DNA of 63,469 nt, counting the filler, from Nemertoderma westbladi (lineage: Eukaryota; Animalia; Xenacoelomorpha): the NCBI GenBank assembly GCA_032718475.1. It is 3 parts of 3 records of this genome, joined end to end, with 100 filler letters (N's around TTAATTAATTAA, not from the genome) between each part and the next. Parts side by side here need not be neighbours in the genome. Positions count along the whole stretch, not along the records: positions 29,040 to 54,255 come from JAUCBJ010005006.1; 2 more parts are not named here. The stretch is one strand, 5' to 3'. The position numbers and the translations under genes were made by a program. Numbering within the stretch: position 1 is the stretch's first letter; every line of letters begins with the position of its first letter. Shown in pieces: positions 34,451 through 44,180 of the stretch. The notes below the pieces were generated by a model. That model did no database searches and had not been told where the DNA came from. It was given only the letters and a program-made list of their open reading frames with translations.

Positions 34451-37400
34451 CTACTACTAGCATCGGCATGCTGCATTGCAGCTGCATTTTTAAGAATGCT
34501 GTGCCGGCTTATCAACAAAATTGCACCGCCACAACTCCCTATCACCCATGACATTTGCTAGATCATCCGCATCTTTAAGGCCAGTGTCCTTTAAGATGCG
34601 TCTCAAGAAAGTCATGGGCTGTCCACCATGCTTATTCACTCCATGAGGCTGCCAAAGTACAAGATTATGCACTGGCTGGTCCTCACGGCGAAAGCAATGT
34701 CCTGCAAAGCGGAGGCGATTTTGTTCTAGTGTCAAGCTTGGGGGAACCAATGAGACACCTCCAATGTTATATAGTGTCTGGTTGGAGATGTGTGCATTGT
34801 ACTTGACACAATGTACCCGGCGTAGCATTCTTGTGAATGTGCCATCCAGAGATTTGGTGTCCTCAGCAGTTAGAGCCCAGCATGGACTCCCGTAGAGGAG
34901 TACTGGAACTACTGCTGCTCTAAATAATCGGACCTTAAGTTTCCGATTAATTCTAGGTGACTTCCAAATCCTGGAAAGCCTATTCAAGGCTGCCCATGCC
35001 TTTCCCTTACGTATTCGAAGGTCCTCACCTGACTTCCGGATCCATGATCCCAGGTAACAGAAGTCGTCCACATGCTCAAGCATACCATCCTTTGAGCTTA
35101 TGCTCATCCGATCAGAGACTTGCTGAGGACTTTCAAAGTTAACTGTCAGAATTTTGGTCTTTCTGGAGTTAATAAAAAGACCAACACTAGAAGCAGCATG
35201 TTCTAATGAGCTGAGGAGCCGCTGGGCTCCCTCTAATGATTCTGAGAGTACTCCTAAGTCATCAGCAAAGTCTAGATCAGTTAGGTACTTGGCAGGATTT
35301 CCTCGACTTCTGGAGCCAGTAGGTGGAGTTATCATCACCCCATCATCATTATGATGATCTAAGGACATGCGTAGAACATAGTCAACCACAATAATGAACA
35401 AGAATGGTGCAAGTGTGTCTCCTTGGAGGACGCCCCATAACACTTCAAATGGTTCTGTGTCACCGTCAACAGTAGACACAAATGTTGTCGAACCATCGTA
35501 TACTGATCTGATTGCTGCAATAATTTCATCAGGAATCCCATATAATGAAAGTATGCTGAACATACGTGAGCGAGAGACTGAATCAAAGGCCTTGAAGAAG
35601 TCAACAAAGATAACAGCCAGATGCCTGTCTTTCTTTTTTGATAACTCTTCAATTATCCTTCTAAGTGCCAAAATGGGCTCCATGGTCCCACGACCTTTAC
35701 GGAACCCATTCTGATTTCCACGTAGCAGTCTCTCAATGGGATCCCTGATGCGATTTAATAGAATTCTATTGTATAGTTTTGCAGCAATCGAGATCAATGA
35801 GATTCCCCGAAAAGAACCATAGAGTGTTAGGTTGCCCTTCTTGGGAACTGGCACCAACTTATTTGTTTTCATTTCTTGTGGGACTCTTGTTGTACGGTAC
35901 ATGTCTACTATGATGGGATAGATGAGCTTTAAACACTCAGGTATTTTAAAGACCTCAGGGGGAACGCCATCTACTCCACTGGCACGATTGGTCTTAATGC
36001 TCTTTGCAGCAGCCTTCACTTCTGCAAAGGAGATATCGCCAATGGGAATATCTGGGAGTACAGACTCAGACACTTTTACTTCTATAAAGTTATCAGGCAA
36101 TACCCTGTCATTATTGAGGAGCTTTTCAAAGTGGGCTTTCCAACCATTGAGGCGATCGGCTGGTGATTCAGCCTTAACCTTGGTGGTTGGTTGGCTTTTC
36201 CGCCCAGTAAGCAGATTGATCGATTTCCATGCCTGGGATGATTGCCTGCTGTCGTCAGCATCATTGATGGCATCAACCTGTTGGTTTATTAGCTTCTGTA
36301 GATTAACAGAGTACTGCCTGTTCAGGGACCTAGATGCAGCTTTAACTGCATTCTTGGCCGCTGTAGTCTGTTTGAGTCGGGACTCTTTCTGCGCCTTATG
36401 AAGGTCATTTCGGCACTTCTGAATTTTGTTGTCAGTCCAGGGGGCCCTTTTCCTGTTTCGAGGGTATACAGGAACTGTTTCTGCAGCTGCTAACTTAACT
36501 GCTTCTGTAAAGGCAGTATAGCCCTCACAGTGATCTGCCGCCTCAGAGGCAAGAGCCTCATACCTGTTGCTCAGCTGTAGTGTGAAGCTGGATCTCACAC
36601 TTGGCTGTTGCAACAGAGAGGACCAGTCATGCCGTGGCAAGGCAGATTTCGTTGTTCTGCTAGCACGCAGACTAAGTCTTACCTTGGCCACAATAAGGCG
36701 GTGATCACTGGAGAAGGGTCGAAGTGTAAATGCATTACAGTCTTGTATAGAGCTCCTGTATTTCCTACGAAACAGAATATGGTCTATCTGGGACTTGTGA
36801 CCACTGGGTCCACTATGAGTCCATAGCTTTCCAGTTCGCTTCTTGAACTGGGTTCCAGCCGAAAACAATCCATTTCCAGAGATAAAATCCTGAAGATGGA
36901 CAGAATTTCGGTTAACACTATTGCTATAGACCCAGGGCGATGTAGGTGATTGATGCAGACTTGCATTAAAGTCTCCCAGGAATGTTAAGAATGCATGCTG
37001 ATCCACTCCATCAGTTGCTGCTTGTAGATTGTGGTAGAAATTTTCCACCTCCTCTACAGGGGCAACACTAGTTGGAGAGTAGCACACAATCAGAACCACC
37101 TTAGGAAACTTCTTAGCCAGTCTTCCAGAACATGAGAAGTGGCAACGGATGATGCGGTTAGAGATTTGGTCTATTTTGTCCAATGCTGCATGTGCAGTTG
37201 GATTCATCAATAGACCAATTCCACCATTGCCACTATCATCTGCTGACGCGAGGGCGAGTCGCCAACCGCCCCCCATGTCCTTAATCAGAACCTCATCAGT
37301 CTGTCCAGTCTGCATTCGGTGCTCTTGAACACCCACTGCGCTAAGAGAAAGCTTATCTGCCAAGGCAGTCAGCTCACCTTGTCGCATTGGGGACCCGAGT

Positions 37401-38207
37401 GTTAGGGTATTTACTGAGGCTAGTCTAGTGACTTGCCTCAGATTCACCAATGGCTTTGTTGGTCGGGGTGGAACATGAGAGTAGCCTCCAACTCCAGAAT
37501 CCCTCTCCCCATCACAATCTGGCCTCCCTGGTGACCCAGGGTTTGGGCCAGAAAGGTCATCAGGAAAGGGACTCAAAGAATTGTTGGCTGCTCTCTCTCC
37601 AGTAGGGGGTGAGACAGGCAGCCGGCCAGGAGTTAACTGACGCCTGTGAGGCCGATTGTGTCCGGTAATTCCACTGGCCTCTAGTGGCCGGACCTCCGCA
37701 TTGCTAATGTAATCCATAGTGGGGGTTGGGGGGTGCTTTTTTGCCGAGTCAGCTCTCGGGGCAAATACCACACCCTGGTTTGCCATTCCACAGGGTGGGT
37801 GTCGCAATGGAGTCAGATATGAGGCCCATCACCCATATCTACTCTGGTGCACATGACCCACCATTGGCTGTTGCAGCTCATCTGCTGGGTCATGCCCTGT
37901 ACCCTTGCTGCCAGGTGCAGGTCGCAGTGAAGTGCCCTCAGAGTGGACATGAGAACACTCTACTCCTGACCAGCCATTGGTAGATCACCATCTGCCTGGT
38001 CAGGCCATATACCCCTGCAGCCAAGTATATGGGTCCTTAATCCAGGACCAAGGGCGTCCTTATCCCAGAACGAAGGGGGTCCTAGTTACAGGACCAGATT
38101 TGCCCTAGTAAGAGGGTCTATGCAGCTACAGGTGGCACCTCCTTTATGCTGCATGGAGGTGGCAAGTTTTCTTGATCAATGACCTAGAATACCTGACCTG
38201 ACCAGGA
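34451..38207 (-). mobile_element. Apparently full-length RTE-clade LINE (family A)
   Basis: Single APE-RT ORF, ~400-bp 5' UTR, very short 3' UTR ending in (TAG)n, 7-bp TSD CCCCCTA (34444-34450, 38208-38214) splitting one array monomer. Confidence 0.95.
34490..37807 (-). CDS. RTE-clade ORF: AP-like endonuclease + reverse transcriptase (~1100 aa)
   Basis: APE motifs SVNTLTL, GVQEHR, YSPT, GDFNA, QIDHIL, SDH; RT motifs FRGISL, QNGFR, FVDFFKAFDS, GVLQGDTLAP, FADD, FCYLGS; RTE-type C-terminal RLRFAGHCFRR. No internal stops; true start may be a downstream ATG. Confidence 0.93.
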   Translation of the reverse strand: MRHPPCGMANQGVVFAPRADSAKKHPPTPTMDYISNAEVRPLEASGITGHNRPHRRQLTPGRLPVSPPTGERAANNSLSPFPDDLSGPNPGSPGRPDCDGERDSGVGGYSHVPPRPTKPLVNLRQVTRLASVNTLTLGSPMRQGELTALADKLSLSAVGVQEHRMQTGQTDEVLIKDMGGGWRLALASADDSGNGGIGLLMNPTAHAALDKIDQISNRIIRCHFSCSGRLAKKFPKVVLIVCYSPTSVAPVEEVENFYHNLQAATDGVDQHAFLTFLGDFNASLHQSPTSPWVYSNSVNRNSVHLQDFISGNGLFSAGTQFKKRTGKLWTHSGPSGHKSQIDHILFRRKYRSSIQDCNAFTLRPFSSDHRLIVAKVRLSLRASRTTKSALPRHDWSSLLQQPSVRSSFTLQLSNRYEALASEAADHCEGYTAFTEAVKLAAAETVPVYPRNRKRAPWTDNKIQKCRNDLHKAQKESRLKQTTAAKNAVKAASRSLNRQYSVNLQKLINQQVDAINDADDSRQSSQAWKSINLLTGRKSQPTTKVKAESPADRLNGWKAHFEKLLNNDRVLPDNFIEVKVSESVLPDIPIGDISFAEVKAAAKSIKTNRASGVDGVPPEVFKIPECLKLIYPIIVDMYRTTRVPQEMKTNKLVPVPKKGNLTLYGSFRGISLISIAAKLYNRILLNRIRDPIERLLRGNQNGFRKGRGTMEPILALRRIIEELSKKKDRHLAVIFVDFFKAFDSVSRSRMFSILSLYGIPDEIIAAIRSVYDGSTTFVSTVDGDTEPFEVLWGVLQGDTLAPFLFIIVVDYVLRMSLDHHNDDGVMITPPTGSRSRGNPAKYLTDLDFADDLGVLSESLEGAQRLLSSLEHAASSVGLFINSRKTKILTVNFESPQQVSDRMSISSKDGMLEHVDDFCYLGSWIRKSGEDLRIRKGKAWAALNRLSRIWKSPRINRKLKVRLFRAAVVPVLLYGSPCWALTAEDTKSLDGTFTRMLRRVHCVKYNAHISNQTLYNIGGVSLVPPSLTLEQNRLRFAGHCFRREDQPVHNLVLWQPHGVNKHGGQPMTFLRRILKDTGLKDADDLANVMGDRELWRCNFVDKPAQHS

Positions 38208-41200
38208 CCCCCTAGCGGCCGAATAGAGAACTGCAGGTTGTTCGGCGTCCTCTCCAGACACACACCCTATGGTGTAATACACATCTGCCAAGTGTCAGCC
38301 TAAAAGCATTATTAATAACGAAATGGGATAAGGTTTTCACTTTCAGACATTTGGCCCCCTAGCGGTAGCCTGGAGAATTGCAGACTGGTTCTAGCTCCTC
38401 CCCAAACACGCAGTCTTGGTGTAGTAGACCTCTGCCAAGTATCAGCAAAAAAGCAGTATAAACAACGAAATGGGTGAAGGTTTTCACTTTCAGACATTGC
38501 GCCCCCTACCGGCAGACAGAGGAATTTTAGATTATTCAGAGTTCTCTACAAACACGCAGTCTATGGTGTAGTCGACTTCTGCCAAGTATCAGCAAAAAAG
38601 CATTATAAACAACGAAATGCGATAAGGTTTTCACTTTCAGATATTTCTCCCCCTACCGGCAGACTGGGGAATTGCAGATTGGTCAGCATCCTCCGATAAC
38701 ACACAGCCTATAGTGTAGTAGACCTCTGCCACGTATCAGTTTAAAGGCATTAATAATAACGAAATGGGAGCAGGTTTTCAGTTTCCCACATTTCGCCCCC
38801 TAGCGGCAGACTGGAGAACTGCAGATTGATCAGTGTCTTCCCAAACACACAGTCTATGGTCAAGAACGTATCTGCAAAGTATCATTTAGAACAGATTGAG
38901 TCTGTTGGTGCCACCGCTGTATAAGGGTTTCCTGCAGGTTGACAAATTTGGCTGAAAATGGTTATGGAATAATAGCCCAATTTGACCACAAATACGCATT
39001 CACACATAAATGATGCATAAAATTCGCCTCGATATAACGACGTTTCGCGTCCATGTGCTCGGGGCAGTCTGCATCACGTAGATGCGCATCAAAAAGTAGC
39101 ATAATAGTCGAGACCCAACATGTAGAGTGACAGAATGAACTGCTAGGCCTACTGCGCTACCGGTACCAAATTCACGAAATCTGCATTCACGCAAACAAAC
39201 GCGTAAAATAAGACTCGAGATAGCGACAGTGCACGTCCTCGTGACGAGAGCTTTCGTTCGATGTATCGCGAGCTCAGATTGGTGCTTGTGTGTAGAAACG
39301 TATAGCTTGGACAGACAAACAAACAGACAGACACATGATATTTATATATATAGAAGACTAGAAAGCCAGTGGCCCTTCGGGCCACGGCTTTCTAGTTCAC
39401 AAGCCTATTCACCATTCCAAACATTAATTAATTAATTAACTTAACAAAACTTCATATGATTGAGAGTGTTCTCTCAAACAAAAGGACTGATGCTGTTTTA
39501 CTTTTCAGATATCTACACTGTTCAACGTCCTTCACATAGATGCAGCCTTATGATGTAGTACAGTAGACCTCTGACAATTATCAGCGTAAAAGCATTTTTA
39601 ATAAATAAATGTGAGAATGTTTTTACTTTTCAGATTCAGATTTTTCGCACCCTAGCAGTAGACTGGAAATCCACAGACTGGTTAGCGTCCTCCCCATACA
39701 AACAGCCTATGGTCAAGCATGCCTTTCCCAAGTATAAGCAAAAAAGCATTAGAAACAACGAAATGGGAGAAGGATTTCACTTGAGACATTTCACCCTCTA
39801 GCGGCAGACTGAGAAATTGCAGATTGGTCAGAGTTTTCCACAAACACGCAGTCTATGGTGTAGTAGACCTCTGACAAGTATCAGCCTAAAAGCATTAGAA
39901 ACAACGAAACGGGATAAGGTTTTCACTTTCAGACACTTCGCCCCCTAGCGGCCGAATGGAGAACTGCAGTTTGTTAGGCGTCTTACCTAGACACACACCC
40001 TATGGTGTACTACACATCTGGCAAAGTGTCAGCCTGAAATTATATTAATAACGAAATGGGATAAGGTTTTCACTTTCAGACATTTGGCCCCCAAGCGGTA
40101 GACTGGATAAATGCAGACTGGTTCTAGCTCCTCCCCATACACACAGTCTATGGTGTATTAGACCTCTGCCAAGTATCAGCAAAAAAGCATTATAAACAAT
40201 GAAATGCATAAAGGTTTTCACTTTCAGACATTGCGCCCCCTAGCGGCAGACAGAGCTATTGCAGATTGGTCTTAGTTCTCCACAAACACGCAGTCTTTGA
40301 TGTAGTAGACCTCTGACAAGTATCAGCCTAAAAACATTATATACATCAAAATGGGATAAGGTTTTCACGTTCAGACATTTCGCCCCCTAGCGGCCGAATA
40401 GAGAACTGCAGGTTGTTCGGCGTCCTCTCCAGACACACACCCTATGGTGTAATACACATCTGCCACGTGTCAGCCTAAAAGCATTATTAATAACGAAATG
40501 GGATAAGGTTTTCACTTTCAGACATTTGGCCCCCTAGCGGTAGACTGGAGAATTGCAGACTGGTTCTAGCTCCTCCCCAAACACGCAGTCTTGGTGTAGT
40601 AGACCTCTGCCAAGTATCAGCAAAAAAGCAGTATAAACAACGAAATGGGTGAAGGTTTCACTTTCAGACATTGCGCCCCCTAGCGGCAGACTGGGGAATT
40701 GCAGATTGGTCAGCATCCTCCGAAAACACACAGCCTATAGTGTAGTAGACCTCTGCCACGTATCAGTTTAAAGGCATTAATAATAACGAAATGGGAGCAG
40801 GTTTTTAGTTTCCCACATTTCGCCCCCTAGCGGCAGACTGGAGAACTGCAGATTGATCAGTGTCTTCCCAAACACACAGTCTATGGTCAAGAACGTATCT
40901 GCAAAGTATCATTTAGAACAGATTGAGTCTGTTGGTGAAACCGCTGTTATAGAGTTTCCTGCTGGTTGACAAATTTGGCTGAAAATGGTTATGGAATAAT
41001 AGCCCAATTTGACCACAAATACGCATTCACACATAAATGATGCATAAAATTCGCCTCGATATAACGACGTTTCGCGTCCATGTGCTCGGGGCAGTCTGCA
41101 TCACGTAGATGCGCATCAAAAAGTAGCATAATAGTCGAGACCCAACATGTAGAGTGACAGAATGAACTGCTAGGCCTACTGCGCTACCGGTACCAAATTC

Positions 41201-42419
41201 ACGAAATCTGCATTCACGCAAACAAACGCGTAAAATAAGACTCGAGATAGCGACAGTGCACATGCTCGTGACGAGAGCTTTCGTTCGATGTATCGCGAGC
41301 TCAGATTGGTGCTTGTGTGTAGGAACGTATAGCTTGGACAGACAAACAAACAAACAGACAGACAGACAGACACATGATATTTATATATATAGACTAGAAA
41401 GCCAGTGGCCCTTCGGGCCACGGCTTTCTAGTTCACAAGCCTATTCACCATTCCAAACATTAATTAATTAATTTACTTAACAAAACTTCATATGATTGTG
41501 AGTGTTCTCTCAAACAAAAGGACTGATGCTGTTTTACTTTTCAGATATCTACACTGGTCAACGTCCTTCACATAGATGTAGCCTTATGATGTAGTACAGT
41601 AGACCTCTGACAATTATCAGCGTAAAAGCATTTTTAATAAATAAATGTGAGAATGTTTTTACTTTTCAGATTCAGATTTTTCGCCCCCTAGCAGTAGACT
41701 GGAAATCCGCAGACTGGTTAGGGTCCTCCCCATACAAACAGCCTATGGTCAAGCATGCCTTTCCTAAGTATAAGCAAAAAAGCATTAGAAACAATGAAAT
41801 TGGAGAAGGATTTCACTTGAGACATTTCACCCTCTAGCGGCAGACTGAGAAATTGCAGATTGGTCAGAGTTTTCCACAAACACGCAGTCTATGGTGTAGT
41901 AGACCTCTGACAAGTATCCGCCTAAAAGCATTAGAAACAACGAAACGGGATAAGGTTTTCACTTTCAGACATTTCGCCCCCTAGCGGCCGAATGGAGAAC
42001 TGCAGTTTGTTCGGCGTCTTACCTAGACACACACCCTATGGTGTACTACTACACATCTGGCAAGTGTCAGCCTGAAATCATATTAATAACGAATTGGGAT
42101 AAGGTTTTCACTTTCACACATTTGGCCCCCAAGCGGTAGACTGGATAAATGCAGACTGGTTCTAGCTTCTCCCCAAACACACAGTCTATGTTGTAGTAGA
42201 CCTCTGCCAAGTATCAGCAAAAAAGCATTATAAACCATGAAATGCATAAAGGTTTTCACTTTCAGACATTGCGCCCCCTAGCGGCAGACAGAGCTATTGC
42301 AGATTGGTCTTAGTTCTCCACAAACACGCAGTCTTTGATGTAGTAGACCTCTGACAAGTATCAGCCTAAAAACATTATAAACATCAAAATGGAATAATGT
42401 TTTCACGTTAAGACATTTC

Positions 42420-44180
42420 GCCCCCTAGCGGCCGAATAGATAACTGCAGGTTGTTCGGCGTCCTCTCCAGACACACACCCTATGGTGTAATACACATCTG
42501 ACAAGTGTCAGACTAAAAGCATTATTAATAACGAAATGGGATAAGGTTTTTACTTTCAGACATTTGGCCCCCTAGCGGCAGACTGGAGAAATGTAGACTG
42601 GTTCTAGCTCCTCCCCAAACACGCAGTCTTGGTGTAGTAGACCTCTGCAAAGTATCAGCAAAAAAGCAGTATAAACAACGAAATGGGTGAAGGTTTTCAC
42701 TTTCAGACATTGCGCCCCCTACCGGCAGACAGAGGAATTTCAGATTATTCAGAGTTCTCTACAAACACGCAGTCTATGGTGTAGTCGACTTCTGACAAGT
42801 ATCAGCCAAAAACATTATAAACATCAAAATGGGATAAGGTTTTCACGTTCAGACATTTCGCCCCCTAGCGGCCGAATAGATAACTGCAGGTTGTTCGGCG
42901 TCCTCTCCAGACACACACCCTATGGTGTAATACACATCTGACAAGTGTCAGACTAAAAGCATTATTAATAACGAAATGGGATAAGGTTTTTACTTTCAGA
43001 CATTTGGCCCCCTAGCGGCAGACTGGAGAAATGTAGACTGGTTCTAGCTCCTCCCCAAACACGCAGTCTTGGTGTAGTAGACCTCTGCAAAGTATCAGCA
43101 AAAAAGCAGTATAAACAACGAAATGGGTGAAGGTTTTCACTTTCAGACATTGCGCCCCCTACCGGCAGACAGAGGAATTTCAGATTATTCAGAGTTCTCT
43201 ACAAACACGCAGTCTATGGTGTAGTCGACTTCTGACAAGTATCAGCCAAAAACATTATAAACATCAAAATGGGATAAGGTTTTCACGTTCAGACATTTCG
43301 CCCCCTAGCGGCCGAATAGATAACTGCAGGTTGTTCGGCGTCCTCTCCAGACACACACCCTATGGTGTAATACACATCTGACAAGTGTCAGACTAAAAGC
43401 ATTATTAATAACGAAATGGGATAAGGTTTTTACTTTCAGACATTTGGCCCCCTAGCGGCAGACTGGAGAAATGTAGACTGGTTCTAGCTCCTCCCCAAAC
43501 ACGCAGTCTTGGTGTAGTAGACCTCTGCAAAGTATCAGCAAAAAAGCAGTATAAACAACGAAATGGGTGAAGGTTTTCACTTTCAGACATTGCGCCCCCT
43601 ACCGGCAGACAGAGGAATTTCAGATTATTCAGAGTTCTCTACAAACACGCAGTCTATGGTGTAGTCGACTTCTGACAAGTATCAGCCAAAAACATTATAA
43701 ACATCAAAATGGGATAAGGTTTTCACGTTCAGACATTTCGCCCCCTAGCGGCCGAATAGAGAACTGCAGGTTGTTCGGCGTCCTCTCCAGACACAGACCC
43801 TATGGTGTAATACACATCTGCCAAGTGTCAGCATAAAAGCATTATTAATAACGAAATGGGATAAGGTTTTCACTTTCAGACATTTGGCCCCCTAGCGGTA
43901 GACTGGAGAAATGCAGACTGGTTCTAGCTCCTCCCCAAACACGCAGTCTTGGTGTAGTAGACCTCTGCCAAGTATCAGCAAAAAAGCAGTATAAACAACG
44001 AAATGGGTGAAGGTTTTCACTTTCAGACATTGCGCCCCCTACCGGCAGACAGAGAAATTTCAGATTATTCAGAGTTCTCTACAAACACGCAGTCTATGGT
44101 GTAGTCGACTTCTGCCAAGTATCAGCAAAAAAGCATTATAAACAACGAAATGGGATAAGGTTTTCACTTTCAGATATTTC
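42420..44180. repeat. 440-bp trimeric higher-order repeat of the ~147-bp monomer (about four copies)
   Basis: Identical or near-identical spurious ORFs at 42525, 42965, 43405, 43845 (period 440). Confidence 0.92.

Noticed and set aside
34957-37983. Plus-strand ORFs overlapping the RTE ORF, and similar antisense ORFs over Gypsy, CRE and SPPL2
   Set aside because: Antisense shadows of coding sequence with no independent motifs.
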